Below the pieces are notes generated by a model, which searched no databases, was not told the DNA's origin, and saw only the letters and a program-made list of their open reading frames with translations. Below, in pieces: positions 28,119 to 36,397 of a DNA stretch of 64,000 nucleotides. The stretch is from a virus (lineage: Duplodnaviria > Caudoviricetes), in IMG/VR virus record IMGVR_UViG_3300009095_000015, positions 10,260-74,259 of that record. One strand, written 5' to 3'. The position numbers were made by a program, and so were the translations under genes. Position 1 is the first letter of the stretch; each line of letters opens with the position of its first letter.

Positions 28119-30703
28119 GTGTCAGCCTTTTTCTTACGGCGCTGCGTGGACAGGCGCCGATTGATAGATTTACGTGAATCCGCAAATGACGCCTCGACTT
28201 CTTTCAGTCGACTCTTCAAAGCGTCATACTCGTCGTCCCTGAATGTGGAACCGCTAGCAAATTTAGCAACAAATTCCTGCCGGCTCTTACCGACAAGGGC
28301 GGCCACTTTGCCAAGTGTCTCTTCGTAAAGGCGCAGATTATAAGACATATCCTTTATGTAAGTCACATAGTCTTCATCGTGCTCGTTTTCTTCTGATTCT
28401 TTTCGCCACTCCTTCAGTCCGAGGGGCTTCTCGGCGCGGAAAGAGCACTCATCTAGAATGTCCTCCAGAACGTCGGCGGCAGCGCTCGCGTAATAAGTGG
28501 TAAGATGTTCCAGCACGGCATCGATTTGAGTGCCAGTTAACGTGGCTTGATCGAAAGTTTTGGTCTCTATAATATCGCCGACAAGCCCGAGTTTGGTAAC
28601 ATCGACGGGCTTCGTCATACCTTCTGGAATCTTACGGAACTCCAGCATAAAGTGACGCATGTTGTAGAAATGCTGTGCAATAAAGTCACGCACATCTGGA
28701 AGGTCGAAATTGAAGTGTTCAACAATCTGCTTCTCATTCCCGTAGCATTTTGCCAACAAATACGCGTATTGCACAACGTAGGTTGATGCGCGCGTAACCG
28801 GTGTTAGCTTCTCCCCTCTGTAGTTGAAGATGGCGCTGGCCGTACGAAAACCGTTAGTCGTGTTGGTGGTTGCTTCGCTAACCATAAGAACAGGGAGCGA
28901 AAAATTAGCAAGGCGCGTTATCGAACCCGGCGATACAAGATCAGCCCACCTATGTTGGTTTTCTATAGCCCACTTAGCAAGCGCATCCCTAACATAGCGA
29001 TCCATGTGAAAGGCCGCTGTATACGATAGCAGGCGGTACATCAGACTGTACATTGTAACGTCGTAAAACTCCGTTGCGGCAGGACTTTCTACCCTTTCAA
29101 GTGCTTTCAGGATTCGTCGCGTTGCAACAACATTAACGTCGGATGGGTCTAATGATCCGGGAAGTTCAATTCGGGCGGCGGGGTTGTCCATAATGTAGAG
29201 CAAAAATGCCACGCCTTTTCCGTACGTTTGCGTCAGCACGTGTACAATCAGTGCGGTATCATCACACTTGGGCTGGTCTACGGCCTCAAGTATAGCGTAG
29301 ATTGATTTCTGATATTTCTGCGCGCTCAGCAATACTTCATACCGCAGGGCGCTGCAAATGCTGTGCAGAACGGAACCCAACAAAGGAAACTCTAGCAACT
29401 CTTCCTTTGTGGGTGCTCTGTATACACCTTTTAAAAATCTATTAAGACGGACAACTGTTTTGAAAGGCAAGTCCTCGCTAGGGCTGGCTGCAATTTCACG
29501 CTCCACAGTTTCGAGTAGGAACTTGTACCCTTCCGGGTCTCTATTTACGAAATAGACTGCCTCAACATCCCCTATGAAAATGCTAGCTTCCTTCAGAGGT
29601 ATGGTGTCACCGTAGTGTTCTTTCAGTGCTTGCATGTCCAGTTGATATTTATCTTCTACAAGTCCTTGCAGAAAAGGAGGGATAGCCGTGACCATACTAT
29701 TCTGCAATGCACGCGCGGCTGCTGCATTGTTTTGGAAGAATTCAATTACTTTCGGCTGGAGCGTGTCAGGTAGGTTATCGCGTTGTTCGATAATTGCGCT
29801 GACGAGTTTTCTTACGCGATCAGGTTCGTCATGGTTTACATACTTCTCCAGAGTGCCTTCAGGATCGTCGGCGAATTCCTCTCCTACAGGAACCAAGTCG
29901 CCCACGCCTGAATAGTGTACTTCTGTCCCGACCCCATCATCGTACAAACCTTCAGCCAGCCTATAGGCGCCACCTTTAGCTTTAGCGTTAAGTTCGCGCA
30001 AAAACTTACTCAGGACCATCCCGAAGCCGGGGACATTATTCCCGTAAATGGAGGTCTCCCGGCGGAAAAGAATGTCGCCGTTTTCCCCATGGAACGGTTT
30101 AAGCAAGCATCGACACAAAGGGCTCTGCACGTTAGAGTCGGTTTCACGTACAGCGTAAGCAACCATAGTGCCGGCGCTAACATCGCGACTGACGTGGGCA
30201 GCGTTGCTTCCGCGATCCCCTTTGTTGGAAATAGCATCATCAAGGCGCATGCAGCTCTGACGGTCCCAGTCTCGCCCCGTAGACATTCCAATAATGTCGT
30301 AAGGGTGGCAAGAAATAACGACGTTGATCTTGCTGTCTTTGCTGTTTTGCAACTGAGGGTCGTTGTCGAAGGCCGCTTTTGCGATTGGGTTTTTCGCAAC
30401 AACCTTGCCGATGTTGAATTCGTTTTTCTGCTCCTTATCAGAAGCTTTCACGCATTTCTTGGCGAGATAGTCTGTAATAACGAAGCCTTGCTTACGCAGC
30501 TCTGCGCTTACCGCCGGTGGGACTGAGAAGTGCTTACGCGCAGCAGTTTCGATTGGAATATAAAGCCGGTATCCGGGTTTACTGCCGTTCCCTTTAGGCA
30601 TAAAGCTTTGGAGCATTTTAACGGACGGGTTATTTCGATCCCAGCTCTTCCGGTATTTAAGTGCAGTACGCAGCCCGACGGCTGCGATGGCTTTAATTCT
30701 CAC
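28115..30703 (-). CDS. large paralog-family protein D (862 aa)
   Basis: MRIKAIAA leader (GTG start, SD AAGGAG); ISCHPYDIIGMSTGRDWD..SCMRL. Confidence 0.85.
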   Translation of the reverse strand: MRIKAIAAVGLRTALKYRKSWDRNNPSVKMLQSFMPKGNGSKPGYRLYIPIETAARKHFSVPPAVSAELRKQGFVITDYLAKKCVKASDKEQKNEFNIGKVVAKNPIAKAAFDNDPQLQNSKDSKINVVISCHPYDIIGMSTGRDWDRQSCMRLDDAISNKGDRGSNAAHVSRDVSAGTMVAYAVRETDSNVQSPLCRCLLKPFHGENGDILFRRETSIYGNNVPGFGMVLSKFLRELNAKAKGGAYRLAEGLYDDGVGTEVHYSGVGDLVPVGEEFADDPEGTLEKYVNHDEPDRVRKLVSAIIEQRDNLPDTLQPKVIEFFQNNAAAARALQNSMVTAIPPFLQGLVEDKYQLDMQALKEHYGDTIPLKEASIFIGDVEAVYFVNRDPEGYKFLLETVEREIAASPSEDLPFKTVVRLNRFLKGVYRAPTKEELLEFPLLGSVLHSICSALRYEVLLSAQKYQKSIYAILEAVDQPKCDDTALIVHVLTQTYGKGVAFLLYIMDNPAARIELPGSLDPSDVNVVATRRILKALERVESPAATEFYDVTMYSLMYRLLSYTAAFHMDRYVRDALAKWAIENQHRWADLVSPGSITRLANFSLPVLMVSEATTNTTNGFRTASAIFNYRGEKLTPVTRASTYVVQYAYLLAKCYGNEKQIVEHFNFDLPDVRDFIAQHFYNMRHFMLEFRKIPEGMTKPVDVTKLGLVGDIIETKTFDQATLTGTQIDAVLEHLTTYYASAAADVLEDILDECSFRAEKPLGLKEWRKESEENEHDEDYVTYIKDMSYNLRLYEETLGKVAALVGKSRQEFVAKFASGSTFRDDEYDALKSRLKEVEASFADSRKSINRRLSTQRRKKKADT

Positions 30704-30754
30704 GTGATGCTCCTTGTTGTGTGCTATACACGTAAATTAACTGGAACGGAAAAC

Positions 30755-30789
30755 AAAAAACCCCTACTAACCGTTAGGTGTTCGGGGTT
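30755..30789 (-). terminator. rho-independent terminator
   Basis: AACCCC...GGGGTT followed by TTTT. Confidence 0.65.
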
Positions 30790-30794
30790 CGTTA

Positions 30795-31463
30795 TCAATC
30801 TGTAATTGATGCGGTGCGTGGCTTGAATGTGCCTTTGTTGCCAACAGCACTCTTTATTTGAGTGGGCGAAAACACGACGTAATTACGAGAGCCGCCACGC
30901 CCCACTATAACCCCGTCGTAGCCTGTCGCACTCTTGAACACATTCGCGAAACTGTACTGCTTCGGTGTGCCTGAGTACAAATCGTTGAAAATACCGAAAC
31001 TTGCGTCGATAAGACTAACACCGACATAAAGGTCTATATACTCGGCGACCGAGCGCTCATATCCCTGATATTCAGTATCGAAATTGTCTTTTATCCAAGT
31101 GCGTAGGGCTTTTTGCCCAACTGCATGAACTAGCTTGCTGACTTGGCTGCGTGTCGCATCTGGTTGTTTTTCGTAGTAAATAGGCTTCTGAATCTTCAGA
31201 TAAACAGGAACGGTATTGCCGCCGTGTCCAGCAGCATAATGGTGCGCCCAATCCGTGTTGTCAGTGAAGTAAAAGCCGACGCCGTTTTCGTCGTTACCGT
31301 GGCCCAAATGCTTCGTATCAAATGCACTGAAGATGGCCGTGGTCCCGTGGAATACACGCAGCGGTTTGCCTTCTTTGTCGACAACTTTCGATTTGCCGAA
31401 CCATTTCTTGAAGGCTTCCGTTTGCTGCTGTGCATGCGTAGCCAGCGCGATGTTTACTTTCAT
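30795..31463 (-). CDS. ADP-ribosyltransferase-like protein (ART-PolyVal family) with leader
   Basis: WFGKSKVVD..GKPL.VFHGT...F..F, GFYFT....A..YA, PVYL.I.KP, GYDGVI, YVVFSPTQIKSA.GN.GTF. Confidence 0.85.
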   Translation of the reverse strand: MKVNIALATHAQQQTEAFKKWFGKSKVVDKEGKPLRVFHGTTAIFSAFDTKHLGHGNDENGVGFYFTDNTDWAHHYAAGHGGNTVPVYLKIQKPIYYEKQPDATRSQVSKLVHAVGQKALRTWIKDNFDTEYQGYERSVAEYIDLYVGVSLIDASFGIFNDLYSGTPKQYSFANVFKSATGYDGVIVGRGGSRNYVVFSPTQIKSAVGNKGTFKPRTASITD

Positions 31464-31465
31464 AC

Positions 31466-31990
31466 TTATGCCACCAGCTCGCCGTCAAGAACGTTGTTTA
31501 GAATTTGCGCTACGCGCTCATCCGTACGTCTATCTCGATCTTTATCAAGGCCATTAAACTTTGCGTAGAGGCGCACGGCACCGTACATGGTTAGACGCTT
31601 CCATTTCGGCACGCCTAGAACTGCCATAGCTTCAAGGAAGATTTGGTCCGCCTGTTTACGCGTTACGTAGTAAATACCCCCTTCAAGGTTTTCGTAATCC
31701 AACCCGAGGGCAACGGCGTGCCTAATAAGAGCATCCTGTGAAATCCACAGATTCTGATGCGTGCACAGAAAATCGTGAACCACAGCAGCCTTACCGTACT
31801 TACCGATGGGCGGAAGCAGGCTCCACAGGAAGCGTGGAATAGACGCAAAATCAGTGACATAACCGACAGGCACTTCGACCACGATACCACTATCCAAGTC
31901 GCGTACGCTATAGTAAAACAGCTCACGCAGCTTAAAGTCGCGGCCGCTTTTAAGAACTTCGACAACAAGCGGTTTCGTAAAACTGCTCAT
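31466..31990 (-). CDS. DUF1353 family protein
   Basis: VP.GYVTDFASIPRFLW...PP.GKYGKAAVVHDFL and RKQAD.IFLEAM..LGV. Confidence 0.9.
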   Translation of the reverse strand: MSSFTKPLVVEVLKSGRDFKLRELFYYSVRDLDSGIVVEVPVGYVTDFASIPRFLWSLLPPIGKYGKAAVVHDFLCTHQNLWISQDALIRHAVALGLDYENLEGGIYYVTRKQADQIFLEAMAVLGVPKWKRLTMYGAVRLYAKFNGLDKDRDRRTDERVAQILNNVLDGELVA

Positions 31991-32004
31991 GCTTGGACCT
32001 CTTA

Positions 32005-32796
32005 TTAATCGTGAGTGTAGAGGCGCAGATACGAAGTCTGACCACGCAACGCACGTTCAAAGGCGTCCAGCATTTCAATGCGTGCCGCCGTTTTGGCGTA
32101 GGTAACTGCAACTTGCGGGTGGCTCTTGTTGGGTTCGAGCTTTTTCAGCAGGTCATTTTGATGGGCAAGAGATTCCTTGACCATCTGGTAGGTTTTCTTT
32201 GCGTTATCTGCCGTCACTTTTGGTGCAGAAGCTGCTAGAGAAATTGTGGTCTTCATAGAACCCTCTGATTTTTTAGAATGCGTCAAAAGCAGCTCGGTAA
32301 GCTCACCTTGCTTCTTATGACGAAGCCACTCAAAGGTGAACTGCTCGGCCAGCCAGTCATTCAAATCCTTGGTTGCGTATTCGCTTGGATTACCTAGCTT
32401 CGCGCGCAGCTCATGCAGTCTCTGCATGTATACCAAGTATTCATTTTTGCCCAAGCTATCTAATATGGAAAAGTGGATAGCGTGTGCATACTCATGAATG
32501 ACTAAGGCATCGAATGCTTCATATACTCCGCGTGCAACCCCAGTCCCTTGCTCGTTGATACGGCTGCTTTCCAGCTGGGCACGTTCAAGAGTGCCGCCCG
32601 TCAATGCTGTACTAATCCGTATTTTCCAATTGTCCTTATCGAAGTCCGTCTCTAATCCGGGAATATACGCAACGCCTCGGAAGACTGAGGCTGTCAAAGG
32701 GAAGGCATCATTCAGCCCTTTGATAAGTTTCTGAACGTGTGCCCCGACTTCTGGAGAAACTTCGTTCGTAGCCCGCATGCGTACGCTCATCAGCAT
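32005..32796 (-). CDS. zincin-like metallopeptidase (HEYAH) fused in frame to an 83-aa leader-bearing module
   Basis: IHEYAH plus SEYA...WLAEQF; internal MKTTISLAAS at 32256. Confidence 0.7.
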   Translation of the reverse strand: MLMSVRMRATNEVSPEVGAHVQKLIKGLNDAFPLTASVFRGVAYIPGLETDFDKDNWKIRISTALTGGTLERAQLESSRINEQGTGVARGVYEAFDALVIHEYAHAIHFSILDSLGKNEYLVYMQRLHELRAKLGNPSEYATKDLNDWLAEQFTFEWLRHKKQGELTELLLTHSKKSEGSMKTTISLAASAPKVTADNAKKTYQMVKESLAHQNDLLKKLEPNKSHPQVAVTYAKTAARIEMLDAFERALRGQTSYLRLYTHD

Positions 32797-33032
32797 TTGT
32801 TCTTACCTTTAAACCAGTTGTTGTAAACGCCCAATCCCCATGCGTACGTGTAGAAGGCGCACAGGATAAAGATGCCCCACTGCTCAGCAACGTACGCTGA
32901 GTAAAACCAGAACGGTTGGCCGACTAGACCGAAAATACATGCGTATTTCTTCAGCTTTTCATTCGACTGCTGCGTCAAAATGATCGCAGATACGCCGAAT
33001 ACGGCGATAAACAATTGCGTTAACATTCCCAT
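32790..33032 (-). CDS. small membrane protein, PnuC-like
   Basis: Three hydrophobic segments; GLVGQPFW.Y and QWGIF. Confidence 0.55.
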   Translation of the reverse strand: MGMLTQLFIAVFGVSAIILTQQSNEKLKKYACIFGLVGQPFWFYSAYVAEQWGIFILCAFYTYAWGLGVYNNWFKGKNKC

Positions 33033-33036
33033 CTCT

Positions 33037-33606
33037 TTAATTCCTTCTAATGATTACGCGAAAGTCGCGGTTGCGAGGGGCATCTCCCCACAGGTCGGTT
33101 GAAAATTCAATGTGTTTTCCGTCGCGCATGTCGTAAGCGTAAATGCTATGCCCCTCGGCACAGGCTTTTTCAATAAGCCTGTGCCAAAAGCGTTCGCCGT
33201 CTATGTACTGCTCATCTGAGGTTGCGACTGCACCAAAGGTTTCAACTAAATACATGTAATATGCTGCGACAAAGCCTTTCGGCAGTATGCCGTTGCGCCG
33301 CCTGTATATTGCGTCTACAACCCTAACCGGTGCCGAGTCAATACGCGCAACATTCACAACAGATACAAACTCAACCACACCCATGTCGAGTATGGCTGTT
33401 ACGGTCTGTCCGTGCGGAGTTGTCCAGCGCCACGCCGTATGACCTAGAATAGTAACTTCGCGTGCGCGACCCGACGCAATAACTTTCCGCATCAAGTGAG
33501 GGTTCGCAACTATATTGTCTATCTCGCTACCTTTCACACGCATAGGTCCGGCCAAGGCCACAGGAACCGCGCACATATCAGCAAATGCCTCAAGAGTCAC
33601 GCGCAC
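33037..33606 (-). CDS. GNAT-like protein with leader-like N-terminus
   Basis: RRNGIL..GF...YY.YL and SDEQYIDGERFW..L resemble a GNAT motif A/B arrangement; starts MRVTLEA. Confidence 0.45.
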   Translation of the reverse strand: MRVTLEAFADMCAVPVALAGPMRVKGSEIDNIVANPHLMRKVIASGRAREVTILGHTAWRWTTPHGQTVTAILDMGVVEFVSVVNVARIDSAPVRVVDAIYRRRNGILPKGFVAAYYMYLVETFGAVATSDEQYIDGERFWHRLIEKACAEGHSIYAYDMRDGKHIEFSTDLWGDAPRNRDFRVIIRRN

Positions 33607-33612
33607 CTTACG

Positions 33613-35292
33613 TTACTCCTTATCCTTGGTCGCGAGGTCAATAGCACGCTGAATTTTGCTGTTCGGTCGCGTATTGGTTTTCTCGTAGACAGGCGCAAAC
33701 ACCGACGGGTCGATGTAGTTCGCAATGGCCGTAGTAGCAGTTACGGTTTCTCCGCTCATGTGGCCAAGCTCTTTACCGATTTTCAGACAGCGTTGTTCGA
33801 TCCACTTGTTCACGTCAGCGTCTTTTGCATTTTTTCCGAACGGCGGATTAGCCAGCAGCTTGAGTGCCATTGCAGTACCGCGCAGCTTACGAAACATGTG
33901 AATGGTGAAACCTTCGGGGAAGCCAAGCGAACGCAGATACTCGTTAACGTGACTGTTGCTTAGCACTTTTCCTCTGAAAGTAAACACGTGCTCAACCGGG
34001 CGCTTGTCTTCAGCGAAGTCCAGAATGGCCTCTCCGAGTAGTTGCGTCCGCAGTTCAGGTCCGAACTTGATGACGTGCTTTTGTGCGCCCCCTTTCTTGC
34101 CAACGTATTTGAAAATAACACGTTGTTCGTTCAGGTTCAGATGCTTGCGCAACAGCGTGCTAATGCCGTACGTGGTTTCACCGTTGGTCTTGCCGCGCGT
34201 GGAGCCTATTCGAGCAGCCGTCTGGTAGACAATCTCACATACGCAGGCGGCAGTGCCACGAAGAGTGCCGCGACCACGCTTCAGATCGGCAACCCATTTT
34301 TCAACGTAGGTTTCCAAGTCAGGGAGCATGCTTTGAACAATGCTGAATTTCTCAACCCGACCACCCGTGCGGAAATCAACCGTGGTAACGGTTGTAAAAT
34401 TCTGTGCGAAAGGTGCTTTGTACTGACACACGTAGCCGTTATCGGTTTCCGGGTCGTACTTAGGATTCATACGGCCCTCACCGACAGGCTTCGACATAAG
34501 CTGCCGGCCGGCAACCGTGTAATAATTGCCCTTGTCGTCAATGCGGCCGACAAACCACGCTGGCATGTCGTGCTGTACGGAACCCATTTTCGCACGTACT
34601 TCGGAAACATCCATGTGGGGCTGGCCACTACTACGCACAATGTTTGCGATGACTTTATCGTAAATAGCTTTACGCTCGCGGCGCATGTCCAAATAGGCTT
34701 GATGTTGCGGAAGGTTACTGCCGATTTTCTTGGCCTCTTCTCGCCATTTTTGCAGCACTTCTTCCGGCATCACTACGCCTTGCACTTTGCCATATTGCAG
34801 AACGTGCTGCTGAAGACGTTCGTACAAACTACGTTGATGCGTGTCAACAACGTGATCGTCATCGTGAAGAAACATTTTGCTAATATGACTGTCGCGCAAC
34901 ATGCTTGCGTTGGCCATAATTCGCTTGGCTGCCGACTCCGAACCGTTGTAGGCGAGCCGCAAATCGTTCATCATCGAAAGCTGCTGCTTGGTAATGCCAA
35001 GGTCGCGCTCGATATTCTTTTTCTTCTCTTTGAAGTTGTCAAAAAGGGCTTTCACGTAGGTGCTGTGTGGCAGCTCGCTCACGTCTTGCCCCGAAAGCAG
35101 CAGATCGAGGGGCTTTTTAGACACACGCACCATCTTGAATTGCTCGAAGAAGGGTTGCGCTTCAACGGCCCACTTCTTCGCTTTGTTTAGGAAGTTCGGG
35201 CCGTAGTTGAAGTCGGCGGCCCGGTATAACGCAACAAGCAGGCGCAGTACAGAATCCACCGAATCTTTGTTCGCAGATAGGGACACGATCAT
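33613..35292 (-). CDS. DNA topoisomerase IB (poxvirus/bacterial type) with N-terminal extension
   Basis: Catalytic pentad in order: R (AARIG), K (YVGKKG), R (HMFRKL), H (LGHM), Y (NYIDP). Confidence 0.9.
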   Translation of the reverse strand: MIVSLSANKDSVDSVLRLLVALYRAADFNYGPNFLNKAKKWAVEAQPFFEQFKMVRVSKKPLDLLLSGQDVSELPHSTYVKALFDNFKEKKKNIERDLGITKQQLSMMNDLRLAYNGSESAAKRIMANASMLRDSHISKMFLHDDDHVVDTHQRSLYERLQQHVLQYGKVQGVVMPEEVLQKWREEAKKIGSNLPQHQAYLDMRRERKAIYDKVIANIVRSSGQPHMDVSEVRAKMGSVQHDMPAWFVGRIDDKGNYYTVAGRQLMSKPVGEGRMNPKYDPETDNGYVCQYKAPFAQNFTTVTTVDFRTGGRVEKFSIVQSMLPDLETYVEKWVADLKRGRGTLRGTAACVCEIVYQTAARIGSTRGKTNGETTYGISTLLRKHLNLNEQRVIFKYVGKKGGAQKHVIKFGPELRTQLLGEAILDFAEDKRPVEHVFTFRGKVLSNSHVNEYLRSLGFPEGFTIHMFRKLRGTAMALKLLANPPFGKNAKDADVNKWIEQRCLKIGKELGHMSGETVTATTAIANYIDPSVFAPVYEKTNTRPNSKIQRAIDLATKDKE

Positions 35293-35918
35293 TTAATTCG
35301 CTCCAAAATCTCATCGAGGATTTGCAGTGTGATTGCTTCCTGCGATTGGGTTGCATCGACAACAATAGCTTTCGGGTTATCATCGACGAAGGTTTGGAAT
35401 TTCGCTGCCACGTTCTCAAAATATTCGCGGTCGCGGCTTTCAATATTGTCTAAAACACCCCGGTGCACCATGCGACGTGCGGCAATTTCCGGGTCGATTT
35501 TAAGGTAAACCAGCAGATCAGGCTTGGCCAAGTGTAGCCTGCAAACGTTGTGAATATCTTGGGTTTCTTCGCAGATTATGGACTGGTAGGCGAGAGACGC
35601 GTGGTAGTAACGATCACTCAAAACGACAGCTTCTCGCTCAAGGGCAGGCGTAATGACGAATTGCGTATGGTTGACACGAGCCGCGTAGAAAAGCAGCGCT
35701 TCAGAAATCGGAGTTAGCGGGTCTTCTGGCTGGTTCCCTGAATTCCGATGTAACAGAATTTCACGAATACGCTCAGCTGTTGGAGTACCGCCCGGCTCAC
35801 GAGTAACCAGAATTTCACGGTGTTCTAGCAGGGCGTTTAGTTTTTCAGCTACATTACGCAGTGCCGTAGTTTTACCAGACCCATCAATGCCGCAAAACTC
35901 TACGAAGAACCCAGCCAT
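35289..35918 (-). CDS. tmk: thymidylate kinase
   Basis: EFCGIDGSGKTT, TREPGGT, EALLF.AAR and DRY...S.AYQ. Confidence 0.95.
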   Translation of the reverse strand: MAGFFVEFCGIDGSGKTTALRNVAEKLNALLEHREILVTREPGGTPTAERIREILLHRNSGNQPEDPLTPISEALLFYAARVNHTQFVITPALEREAVVLSDRYYHASLAYQSIICEETQDIHNVCRLHLAKPDLLVYLKIDPEIAARRMVHRGVLDNIESRDREYFENVAAKFQTFVDDNPKAIVVDATQSQEAITLQILDEILERIK

Positions 35919-36397
35919 TATTCCTCCAAGTAAACCCGCTTAACTCGCTTTACGGTACGGCGGCTTTCACCGCCACGCCACGCCATTTTGATCAGCAGCT
36001 TCAACCGCCTTTCTTCATCCACCTCACGTACTTTACACTTTAATGCACATGTGATTTTCCCGGAAGGTGCTAGCGTTAGAATGCCGACACCTTCACTTTT
36101 CAACTCTTCCTTAATGGACGGGAAAACTCTGCTTTCCATGACGCTCTGTGGAAAGCAGAAATACATGCGGTGCACGTAAGGTAGGTAATTGCGCCATTTC
36201 TTATCGGAGCGATAATCAGCTAGACAGCTTTTAACTTCAACTCCAACCAGATTGGTTCGGAAATCCATACAAAGCATGTCGAGGCGGCGCTTTCCCCAAC
36301 GCTCGATGCCGAACTCGTGATGGACGGCAAAGAGCTTTTTGACGAAGTAATACGTTAGCGCTTCTCGCAGTTTTTCAGTCACAGTAGACCGGTTCAC
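35918..36397 (-). CDS. mmcB: MmcB-family PD-(D/E)xK DNA repair nuclease
   Basis: RLDML, VEVKSC.ADY.SD.KW..YL.Y..R.YF. Confidence 0.8.
   Translation of the reverse strand: MNRSTVTEKLREALTYYFVKKLFAVHHEFGIERWGKRRLDMLCMDFRTNLVGVEVKSCLADYRSDKKWRNYLPYVHRMYFCFPQSVMESRVFPSIKEELKSEGVGILTLAPSGKITCALKCKVREVDEERRLKLLIKMAWRGGESRRTVKRVKRVYLEE

Noticed and set aside
34042-35190. 382-aa plus-strand ORF, and similar ones at 50456, 52064, 54327 and 57854
   Set aside because: Fully antisense to recognisable minus-strand genes
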